DNA from: Chiloscyllium plagiosum
Taxonomy: Eukaryota
NCBI RefSeq assembly: GCF_004010195.1
Contig: NC_057755.1
Coordinates: forward strand, 4,463,285 to 4,509,632
Length of the DNA: 46,348 bases
Direction of reading: 5' to 3'
This document shows, piece by piece, positions 36,089 to 46,348 of the stretch. The translations under genes were made by a program, and so were the position numbers. How positions within the stretch are numbered: the stretch's first letter is position 1; every line of letters begins with the position of its first letter. The notes under the pieces are model-generated. The model was not told where the DNA came from. It searched no databases and saw nothing but the letters and a program-made list of their open reading frames with translations.

Positions 36089-37171
36089 ATTTTAGTCCTG
36101 AAGCTGTTGGAGTCAGTAGAAAATTAACTCTTATTGCTTATCTGCTATGGGTTGAATTTAATTGCATTTCAGGACTTTATGATGATATTGAATCGCCATT
36201 ACCAGTTATTAAATGCGAACTCTGTAAAAGGTAATATTGATGAAACCTTAACTTACCTGCTGTTCTTGCAGGTCATGCTACAGACATTACAGACAGTCCT
36301 ACTGTCAATTCTGACTACTCAGATCTTATGTCTTATTTTAATTTGAATCATACACTTAAAAATAAAGCATGTTTAATTCGAGACTAATCGTGTTAAATAC
36401 AACCTTGCAGTAACATTTCAGCCTTAGGTATAGAATGATTCTGTGCTTAAGATAAAAAGAAGGAATCTGCTCCCAGCTTAAAATTATCCTAAACCTAACA
36501 TTGAAGAGATTCTGACAGAATCTGTCGAGAAGGCATTTTATGGTCAAAAGTTTGCCCTCTTTGCTAAGGAGCCTTTTCCTAAAACAATGATATCAGACAT
36601 GCGAGCTGTGCAAGGTTACCATATGACATCTCCCACTTAATTTAGACTGGTACTCCTTTATATGAACGTATCTCACCGCAGATGTCTAACTCGGCTGGAT
36701 TTGTTTTTCCCACCTGACAGATAGCTCAATGCCTATAGGAATGATCAGCCAAGAACACACAGACCTGTCAATGAACTTTTCTTCATTATGAATTATTGTC
36801 TTTCACTGTTATCTGTCTAATTAAAAACATGCAATGTTTTTGTAAACATTTTTATAAAGGAAGCCACTTTGTATCAGTACATCGGAGTAGCCTGCTGGGG
36901 CACTTGAAGAGCCGGTACCCTACTCTCCGAGGTTTTTAGAATCTAGTTAGTTTAGTTTATAGGTATCAGTGTTATGTTGTAACAGCGAATTCTATTAGTG
37001 AATAAATGGGATGACTAAAATTAAACTAAACAGTCTGTAAGAGGTTTTTATTCCAGACTTCCACAGAGTACGATCTCCAGGACCAACCAAGAGAGATGCT
37101 GTACAGGACTGAGTCCACAAAGGATTCCCTGGTCTATCCTAAATCTGTACTTTAACACAAATGGACTTAAT

Positions 37172-37492
37172 GGTGGCACGGTAGCAAAGTGGTTAGCATT
37201 GCGGCCTCACATTGCCAAGTACCTGGGTTCGATTCCACCCTAACTGGCTGTCTGTGTGGAGATTACATATTCTCCCCGTGTCTGCATGGGTTTCCTCCCA
37301 CAATCCACAGTTGTGCACATTAGATGGGTTGGCTAAGCTGAATTTCCCCATAGTGTTCAGGATATCAGGTTTGCTGAGTTTGCCATGATAAAAACCATAT
37401 CCATTGGAATCTGGGTAGGATGCTCTTCAGAGGATTGCTGCAGATCCGATGGGCCGAATGACCTCTTTCCGCACGGTAGGGTTTCTATGATG
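37172..37492 (+). mobile_element. HE1-like V-SINE, near full length
   Basis: tRNA-like head with A box (ggtagcaaagtgg) and B box (gggttcgattcc), V-domain ctgtctgtgtggag...ttctccccgtgtctgcatgggtttcctccc, CR1-type tail atgggccgaatgacctct. Confidence 0.85.
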
Positions 37493-38635
37493 CTAACACA
37501 GAAACAGTCTCTGATGGTTGCCATGGAGAATGCTAGTTAGGTGATGGGGATTCCTAGTCCCAGTGTCTTCTCTGAATCTGGGAGGGAGATCTATATTCTT
37601 AAGGAGAGGAGTTTGGGAGCATGAGTCTGGACATCAGGCAGGAAGCTTCACTTAATCCCTGATAATGTGTTATTTCTATGCCAGAAAGTTGCAATGAATA
37701 ATGCCACATGGATTCCGGGTTTATTTGGGTGGGGCTGTGGTGTATGGTGTTGGACATGTGTGGGAGTCCGTGTCAATGTTGGTGCTTATGATTTCGGTGG
37801 GTATGCAGTTTGGGACATGGTGGTTGGATTCACTGCTAAATGTTTCCATGGTACAGATTGCCTGGATATTCAATCCTGTCCACGTGGGACGGACTCAATG
37901 CCCAATCATTTGTTCATTCATATTGTGCACAACAATTATTCCTGGACACAATGGCGTGATTCAATGCCCTGTACAATGATCATCCTATGTGGAGATACAA
38001 CTCTGGGGGCAATCTGAGGCTCCAAAACCAAAGACAGAAATTTTGCAATCAACGTCCATGTTGGTTTCTTCCATTCTGTGTTTTACTGATTTGAGGTGTC
38101 ATTATGTGGATGTTGTGGTGCAGGGGAATCTGCAGCCAGTCTATAAAATAGGTGAAATCAACCTCTGCCAAGCTCAAAAAAATCATTGAGTACATGATTA
38201 AGTGTTTTTTCACGAGCAATCTGCTGTTCATGTTATTCCCTCTGTCTATTAAAAGTGCAAATGATTCATTTAGAAACAGGTTACTGCTATATTCAGAATC
38301 TTTAGACTTCATATGACATGGAGCAACAATTATCTTTGTGCCATTATTTATGTCTGGGCTCGGGCATCTGTAACTTCAAGTCTGTTTATTCCTTTCTCTC
38401 ACTTACAGTAAGTCTAGTGGTGATTGTAGTATTAGCTCGGCAGAAGTGTGGTCTTTCTACATGCGCCACTCACTATCTGGTGGCCATGGCAACATCCGAT
38501 TTGCCGTTCATTGTTTTCGACGTTGTAGTTCGTCAATTACCGTATTATTATTATCCACCTTGTTTCCTGGACATCACTACTGTTTGTAGTGTTATATATG
38601 TCCTTGTCTGTTTGACCATTGATTGTTCCATTTAT

Positions 38636-39433
38636 CACCATTGGTTGGCAGATGGAGTTCAACCTGGATAAATGTGAGGTGATGCATTTTGGAAGGTCGA
38701 ATTTGAAAGCTGAGTACAGGATTAAGGATAGGATTCTTGGTAGTGTGGAGTAACAGAAGGATCTTGGGGTGCAGGTACAGAGATCCCTTAAAATGGCCCC
38801 CCAAGTGGACAGGGTTGTTAAGAAAGCATAAGGTGTTTTGGCTTTCATTAGCAGGGGTATTGAGTTGAAGAGTCATGAGATCTTGTTTCAGCTCTATAAA
38901 ACTTTGGTTAGTCCGCACTTGGAATACTACGTCCAGTTCAGGTCGCCCTATTATATGAAAGATGTGGATGCTTTGGAGCGGGTTCAGAGGAGGTTTACCA
39001 GGATGCTGCCTGGACTGGAGGGCTAATCTTATAAGGAGAGGTTGCCTGAGCTCGGATTTTTTTCATTGGAGAAAAGGAGGAGAAGAGGGGTCCTAATTGA
39101 GGTATACAAGATAATGAGAGGCACAGATAGAGTCTATAGCCAGAGACTATTTCCCAGGGCAGAAATGGCTAACACGAGGGGTCATAGTTTTAAGCTGGTT
39201 GGAGGAAAGTACAGAGGGCATGTCAGAGGCGAGTTCTTGACGCAGAGAGTTGTCAGAGCATGGAATGTGCTGCCAGGAGCAGTTGTGGAAGCGAGGTCAT
39301 TGGGGACATTTAAGAGACTGCTGGACATATATATGGTCACAGAAATTTGAGCGTGCATACATGAGGATCAATGGTCGGCACAATATCGTGGGCTGAAGGG
39401 CCTGTTCTGTGCTGTACTGTTCTATGTTCTATG
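38636..39433 (+). mobile_element. CR1 LINE 3' fragment, comparatively well preserved
   Basis: WQMEFNLDKCEVMHFG, LYKTLVSPHLEYYVQF, TRGHSFKL...FLTQRVVRAWNVLP; tail (tgttcta)n. Confidence 0.95.
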
Positions 39434-40399
39434 AGAGGCAGACACAGTTTAGTGGCCAATGGAGTCTACAATGGACTGAAGGATCAGAGCAAAGGAGAGT
39501 CCTAATGAGCCTGAGATGGAGAACAGGAGGTGGTCTCTGAATTTACTCTTCGCCAGATCTGGCAAATTCTTACGTCTGTGGCTGGTGCATGTTACAAAAT
39601 TCATTAATTACAGTCTGAGAAGAACAGATGACACAGAACCAGAGTATGTATTTCATTAAGTCAGATGGCTGCTGACAAGTTTAATTTGCTGCACAAACAT
39701 ATTTATTTACTAATTGACTCCGTCTAAGTTCAGATAGTAGTTCATGAGTGTGGTGAAATGTAAATTCACATTAACTGTCAGTTCAGTTCTGAATAAAGTC
39801 ACTGATAGTAGCTTAGATGTATTATTATTAGTAATATTATATTAGTATTCACTCCCTTCATAAACAACACCCGGTGGTAGCAGTGGTTGCTATCGACAGG
39901 AATCACTGCAATAATTTATCAAGGCTCCTTAGACAGCACCTTCCAAACCTGTAAACCCGATCATGGTGAAGGACAAGGGCATCAGATACATGGAACTATC
40001 TGCAAGATACCCTCCAAGTGGTACACCATAAAGACTTGGATTGAGATTGCTGTCCCTTCACTGTTATTCAGTCAAGTTAGTGGTTGGCGACCAGGAGCGG
40101 TCCCCATCAGCAGCTGCTTTCTTTAGAGGCTGAGAAGATGGACAAACACCAAGAAGAAGAGCGACCCAACACGTGAACAGAAGACAGTTGCCACAAACTA
40201 CACAGATCAATGTGCCTGTATGTTCTCTGAGAGCAGTAAACTACACTCAACTGGCATCATATCACACATTTTCCCTCTTTGTTACGAACATAAAAAACTA
40301 ACTTAAAATAACTTACCAGTTCTCAGTCTTTGCTGTGTGACCCCTAAACTTTCCATTCACACACCACTCTCACTCCTACTCATTTGCTCCCATATGCAT

Positions 40400-41727
40400 C
40401 CAATCTCTATCCCGATCAAGGTGCGCCCCTTCTCTCCAGTGACTCAGGAAGACAACACAACCATATCAACAGCAGTCCTTCGAAGGGCAAGCGCCTGTAC
40501 GTGGAGAGTTAAACTCAACCACTCACTGCCTCACAGCCTCGTCCTCCTCGCTAAATCCCAGGCCCCAACCCACAGCTCTGCCAGGTTTTTACCATCCTGC
40601 CATACCTCCCCCTCACTGAGGATGACCCATCAGGTCTCAGTTAAGGTGTCATCTTCATCCCACTACGTTCCCGTGCAAAGAAATTCCAAATGGAATGCGA
40701 TATCTAACTTTTCTTCCACCACCTCCATGCTTACTTTTTCACCGTGACTCCCACCCACTCTCTGAGGACGCCATCCACTTAGACACCCCGTCCTGGTCTG
40801 TAACCCACCCCCTCAACCTCTACCTCCAACTGCTGCTGTGACATTGACCGCCTCAACCTGTCCAACATCCCCCCCAACCCACTCCAACGTCTCACCCTCC
40901 CAAAGCGCTGCCCTCCACTCCAACTCTCACTGCACCATCAAACCAGGGGACAAGGGAGAGGGGGCACAGTGGTAGTTTGGCACACAGACCTCTACACCAC
41001 TGAATTCAACTCATGGATACCTCCTCGTACTGCACCCTCAACAATGGCCTCACGCCCATCACCAAAACATTATCTCCAAGACCATCCACAACCTCATCAC
41101 CTGAGGGGATCTTCCACACACAGCCTCCAACCTCATAGTCCGGGAACCCCGCCCCTGGTTCCACCTCCTACCCAAGGTCCACAAGCCTGACTGCCCCAGT
41201 CTACCCCTCATCTCCACCTGCTCCGGACCCACCAAACATGTCTCCTCACATCTCAACACCGTCCTGTGCCCCTTCGTCTAGGAAATCCCCACCTACATTT
41301 GGGATATCACCCACACCGTCCATCTCCGCCATGACGTTTGTTACCCTGGCCTCTAATGCTTCATCTTCACCATGGACATCCAGTCCTTGTACACGTTCAT
41401 CCACCTTGGAGACCTTGTACACATTCACCCACCATGGAGAACTTGTACACGTTCACCCACCATGGGGACCTTGTACACGTTCATCCACCATGGAGACCCT
41501 GTATACGTTCACCCACCATGGAGACCTTGTGCACGTTCCTCTACCATGGAGACCTTGTACACATGGAGAAAGTCTCCAAGCCTTCCGTTTCTTCGTCTCT
41601 TCCCTACCCAACCCACACCCCTCCACCAACACACTCATTCAATTGTTGTAACTGGTCCTCACCTCCAACGACTTCTCCTTGGAATCCTCCCACTTCCTTC
41701 ACACCATGGGCACCCACATGGGCCGCA
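40400..41727 (+). mobile_element. Penelope-like element RT region, degenerate
   Basis: TIKPGDKG..VVVWHTDLY, HLLPKVHKPDCP, FIFTMDIQSLYT, LVLTSNDFSLESSHFL..MGTHMG: ordered PLE RT motifs with frameshifts. Confidence 0.9.
41385..41562 (+). repeat. 28-bp minisatellite, six full units plus a partial
   Basis: Unit ccttgtacacgttcacccaccatggaga starting at 41385, 41413 ... 41553. Confidence 0.95.
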
Positions 41728-42519
41728 GCTGGGATTGAGATGAAGCAAAGACAATTTTCTCAAAGAATCTCCAAGTCACAGATATTTTCTATTGCTGAGG
41801 GTTGTGGATGCTGCCTCACGGAGTACATTTCAAATTGGAGTACACAGATTGCTGGTGTCTCAGGGAATCACAGGGCATGGGGAGGGAGCAGGATTTGAAG
41901 TCGAAAATCAGCCACTATCATACGACTGATCTCCTCCTGCTCCAATTTTCTGGGTCCGTGTGTTCATCAATGAACCAATGACCAATCCGTTTGGATTTGG
42001 TTCCATGAAACCTTTCGTCATTTCATCTCTGCAGCCTCCATCAACCCCAGATTATCCCATTCACACTTCAGCACTTGATGCAAAATTATATACTTTTCTA
42101 ACGTCTGTCAGTTCTGCTGAAGTCGCCCATAACTCAAACATTAGCCTATCCATCACACTATTCCCTTCTCTCTCTCTGGATGCTGCCTCAGCTTGTCAGT
42201 TTCTCAACATGATCTGCTTTATTTCAGAGGCCAAGAGTTTACATTTCCCGCTTTCTGTGACAGGATACATTCTCCAGTCCAACTCATTAATATTCTTTTT
42301 AATCACAGAAAGAAGTTCCACCATAAAGGGACATCAGAGACTTTCTAATCACGGGGCCTTATACAATACATCAGAGCAGGCTTTGTACGGACTGTGAAAT
42401 TCCACCATCGGTTACAAACAAAGCTAATAATTCTTGAGGAGGGTGCATGGTTAATCCACCTACTCCGGTAAATTCAGCCTGGTCACCCCACCTCATCCGC
42501 ACATCTTTGGACTGACCCT

Positions 42520-42838
42520 GATTTCTGTCCAGTCATCCCATGGGTTAGAGATAGGGGATGGACCAGGATTCCTGCTCCTGATTACTTTCCAGAGATTCCT
42601 GTGTTAGAGGCAGGGTGGAAATCAGTCAGCACTCCTTATCACTGTCCAGTGATCCCCTGGGTTAGAGAGAGAGCTGGGGCAAATCAGTCAGGGTTCCTGC
42701 TCCTGATCACTGTCCAGTGATCCCCTGGTTTAGAGAGAGATCTGGGGCAAATCAGTCAGCGTTCCTGCTCCTGCTCACTCTCCAGTGATCCCCGGGTTAG
42801 AGAGAGAGCTGAGGCAAATCAGTCAGCATTCCTGCTCC
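42520..42838 (+). repeat. 62-68-bp minisatellite, about five units
   Basis: aaatcagtcag...cctgctcctgatcactgtccagtgatcccctgg.ttagagagaga.ctggggc recurs at 42619, 42681, 42749 and 42816, with degenerate units upstream. Confidence 0.9.
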
Positions 42839-43590
42839 GAAGCACCTGATGTGGGATTGAGATGAAGTGAAGACAAGTTTCTCAAAGAGTCTAGAATTCT
42901 TCGATATTTTCTATGCCTGAGGTTTGTGAATGCTACCTCACTGAATACATTTCAGATTGGAAAATGCAGTGTCTTCCTGCTGGAACTGAATTTGAAAGCT
43001 AGCAGGGTGAAGGACATCCTGGTTAAATATCAGCGACAGGCTTCACTTCAACGATCAGCAACTTTGACCTGGTGAACCCAATGTGCAATGCTGGCGAGTA
43101 TGAAGCCATGACTCTGTGTCTCTTTGTGCTCGGGATAATATATGAATTGTCCTGTGACAAATAAAGTGTCAAACTCTCTCTGTTGTCTGGTATATTTAAT
43201 TTCTGACAGTAGCACTTTATACTACGTCACGTACAGCACCCAATTAGACACAGAGTAGAGATTCATATACATTACCCTAACGCAATATCCCCCAATTCTC
43301 CCTAGTGTCAGCATCAAGTGCTCCCAAGACAGGTACAGCACTCAGAATCAGTGTTGAGCTGTCTCTACATTGTTCTGACAGTATGTCCTCGCTCAAATTT
43401 TACAGAAGTGAAGCAGACCCTTAGGCCCAACTCGTCCATGCTGACCAGATACCTGAACCTGATTGAGTCCCATTTGCCAGCATTAGGCCCAAACGGGGGC
43501 TTGTCACCACGCATGCGGGACGTTCAATCCCGCAACACGCAGGAGCCCCGGGGAGGGGCTGCTCGGGGGCTTGTCCCTGCGCATGCGGGG

Positions 43591-44090
43591 NNNNNNNNNN
43601 NNNNNNNNNNNNNNNNNNNNNNNNNNNNNNNNNNNNNNNNNNNNNNNNNNNNNNNNNNNNNNNNNNNNNNNNNNNNNNNNNNNNNNNNNNNNNNNNNNNN
43701 NNNNNNNNNNNNNNNNNNNNNNNNNNNNNNNNNNNNNNNNNNNNNNNNNNNNNNNNNNNNNNNNNNNNNNNNNNNNNNNNNNNNNNNNNNNNNNNNNNNN
43801 NNNNNNNNNNNNNNNNNNNNNNNNNNNNNNNNNNNNNNNNNNNNNNNNNNNNNNNNNNNNNNNNNNNNNNNNNNNNNNNNNNNNNNNNNNNNNNNNNNNN
43901 NNNNNNNNNNNNNNNNNNNNNNNNNNNNNNNNNNNNNNNNNNNNNNNNNNNNNNNNNNNNNNNNNNNNNNNNNNNNNNNNNNNNNNNNNNNNNNNNNNNN
44001 NNNNNNNNNNNNNNNNNNNNNNNNNNNNNNNNNNNNNNNNNNNNNNNNNNNNNNNNNNNNNNNNNNNNNNNNNNNNNNNNNNNNNNNNNN
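43591..44090. other. Assembly gap (500 N)
   Basis: Exactly 500 N. Confidence 0.99.
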
Positions 44091-45269
44091 TTACACCAGG
44101 GGATTATTGACTCTCAGACTTGGCAGGCAGATAGGCACAGTCTCATATCAACATACTCAGGAACACCATTCGAAACACTCTCTCTCTCACTCTCTCACAC
44201 ACACAAGCGCAAAGCATGAGGGTTCAATATTAACAGTACTAATCATAATAATAAAGATTCAGATATGACGTTATCACACAGAAACACATGAAACTGGAAC
44301 TGAAGTAGGTCACTTGCTCGTTGGAACCTACTCTACCATTTCAGAATTCACTATCCCCATCGTCCCAGAGTAACCTCAGATTCTTGTTATGCAAGGGAAT
44401 AAATAGATTCATTGTCCTCACCCTTATCACTTTCTGGGACAGCCAGTTCCAAAGTTACACAGGCCTAAAAACAAAATTCTCATCTCTGTCCAAAAAGGGT
44501 GACCCCAAGTAATTTTAACACCATGTGCCCAGTCTGAACTCACCCACAAGGAGAAACATCCATTGCCCACCCACCATGTCAAGATCCATGAGAGACCTTA
44601 TACACTTTGATAGAGTCATCCTTTACTCATCTAAACTCCAGCAGAAACAAGTCCAGTCTGTCCACCTATCCCCGAAGCACAAATCACTCATTCAAAGTAT
44701 TACTCCAGTAAAATCATGAAAGGCATGGATAACGTTGATACCCCACAGCTTTTCCCCAGGGGAGAAAAGTCGAAGACAAGAGGGCATTTAGAGGTTGGGC
44801 CAAAGGGCCTGTTTCCATGCTATCCACTTCCATGACTCTCTGACTCTGCATGAGCCTGTGGTACAAGAGAATTGGATTGCCAATCAGTGATCCCAGTGTC
44901 ACCAAATTCCCGATGGCATGAAACCTATGGCTCAACCAACCATGAGACAGGGTTGAAAGTGATCAGGGCATGAGGCAGCTCCACACGTTAATCCCATCGT
45001 CTGCTTTGGTGGGACCCAAACCCAGTTTCCACACAGAAGGTTCTTCCTTCAAAGGCCAGTGCAACAACCTCCGTATGGTCACATGGTCAGGACCAGGTGG
45101 ACGGAGATCTACACTGTATCTAACCCTGTGCTTTCCCTGTCCTGGGGAAGAGCTCGAGACTGAAACTGGCCAGTAACATGTAGGACACACAGTCAGGGTC
45201 ATGTACAGGGAGCTCGACACTTTGTCTAACCCTGTGCTGTACCTATCTTGGGAGCGCACAATGCTGGCA

Positions 45270-45700
45270 TTGGGTATAAAGTGGGAGAGGTTGAATAGCT
45301 GGGGCCTTTTTCCCTGGAGCATCGGAGGCTGAAGGGTGACTTTATGGAAGTTTATAAAAGCATGGCGGGCATGGGGAGGGGGAATAGCCAAGGTCTTCAC
45401 CTCAGGGTAGGGGAGCACAAAACTGGAGGGGACATTGGCTTGAGGTGACAGGGAAAAGATTGCAACGGGAGTTCAGGTGAAACGGTTTCATGCAGAGGGT
45501 TGTACCTGTTTAGAACGAGCTTCCAGAGCAAGTGGTGGGGGCTGGTACAATTACAACATGCAAAAGGCCACCGGATTGGGATATGAACAGGAAGGGTTTT
45601 GAGGGATTTGGGCCCAATGCTGGCAAATGGGACTCAATCAGGTTCAGGTATCTGGTCAGCATGGACGAGTTGGGCCTAAGCTTCTGCTTCACTTCTGTAA
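45270..45700 (+). mobile_element. CR1 LINE 3' fragment
   Basis: gagaggttgaatagctggggcctttttccctggagcatcggaggctgaagggtgac...gagggatttgggcccaatgctggcaaatgggac. Confidence 0.88.
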
Positions 45701-46348
45701 AATTCGAGCGAGGACATACTGTCAGAACAACGTAGAGGAAGCTCAACACTGATTCTGAGTGCTGTACCTGTCTTGGGAGCACTTGATGCTGACACGAGGG
45801 AGAATTGGGGGATATTACGTCACGGTAATGTATATGAAGCTCTACTCTGTGTCTAACTGGGTGCTGTACGTGACGTAGTATAAAGTGCTGCTGTCAGAAA
45901 CTAAATATACCACACAACAGAGTTTGACACTTTATTTGTCACAGGACAATTCATATATTATCCCGAGCACAAAGAGACACAGAGTCATGGCTTCATACTC
46001 GCCAGCATTGCACATTGGATTCACCAGGTCAAAGTTGCTGATCGTTGAAGTGAAGCCTGTCACTGATATTTAACCAGGATGTCCTTCACCCTGCGAGCTT
46101 TCAAATTCAGTTCCAGCAGGAAGACACTGCATTTTCCAATCTGAAATGTACTCAGTGAGGTAGCATTCACAAACCTCAGGCATAGAAAATATCAAAGAAT
46201 TCTAGACTCTTTGAGAAAATTGTCTTCACTTCATCTCAATCCCAAATCAGGTGCTTCGGAGCAGGAACGCTGACTGAATTGCCCCAGCTCTCTCTCTAAA
46301 CCAGGGGATCACTGGACAGTGATCAGGAGTGCTGACTGATTTCCACTC

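Larger units (their letters stand above)
30705..38635 (+). pseudogene. gpr139-like: GPR139/GPR142-like GPCR pseudogene: exon 1 30705-30771, exon 2 38410 to about 38635
   Basis: Exon 1 reads MHRPIQKVAKEYYTILAVVGIP plus G (phase 1), followed by gaaagt instead of gtaagt. Exon 2 after ttacAG reads (V)SLVVIVVLARQKCGLSTCATHYLVAMATSDL...LDITTVCSVIYVLVCLTIDCS, clearly paralogous to 17253 onward, then runs into CR1. Pairing of the two exons is inferred. Confidence 0.8.
42613..46348. repeat. Long high-identity inverted repeat: 42613-43493 vs 45607-46348
   Basis: Reverse-complement collinearity throughout; ORFs 43318(+) and 45782(-) give nearly the same peptide MLPRQVQHSESVLS...HLPALGPN. Confidence 0.95.

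Noticed and set aside
36882..36930. Hairpin tcggagtag...ctactctccga
   Set aside because: A single short bulged stem with no second copy or known RNA motif.
37172..37240. tRNA gene
   Set aside because: A and B boxes run straight into a V-domain and LINE tail, so it is a SINE head.
37667..38017. Overlapping 117-aa and 92-aa ORFs rich in W/G/C
   Set aside because: No recognisable domain; part aligns with copy 1's intron with indels, so it is probably non-coding.
41385..41562. 28-bp repeats as a CRISPR array
   Set aside because: Units are head-to-tail with no spacers, derive from Penelope RT, and the DNA is vertebrate.
42105..42230. Additional hammerhead (ttctgctgaag...ctcaaacatt)
   Set aside because: Looks like an old Penelope terminal piece, but both CUGANGA and GAAA are mutated.

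Overview
Repeat-dense vertebrate genomic DNA, almost certainly from a cartilaginous fish (shark). This is inferred from HE1/V-domain SINEs, HER1/CR1 LINEs, shark-type Penelope-like elements and GPR139-like receptors. Four contigs are joined by three gaps of exactly 500 N. The host-gene content is a decaying tandem cluster of two-exon GPR139/GPR142-like class A GPCRs. Copy 1 (exon 2 at 17253-17971) is open but lacks ICL3-TM6-ECL3. Copy 2 (exon 1 at 30705-30771, exon 2 from 38410) has a GT>GA donor and is cut off by a CR1 insertion. The rest is transposon-derived: many CR1 LINEs, a Gmr1-type LTR retrotransposon with integrase upstream of RT, a probable ERV 5' end with a tRNA-Ser PBS, Penelope RT/GIY-YIG relics, and short Penelope terminal pieces carrying hammerhead-ribozyme motifs, one of them an 88-bp insert between 12-bp direct repeats. 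There are also several tandem, dispersed and inverted duplications. I see no intact host gene and no clearly new system. The best leads are the hammerhead mini-element, the TM6-less receptor, the chimeric Gmr1 element and the ERV. All family calls come from reading motifs by eye, not from database searches, and repeat boundaries are approximate.
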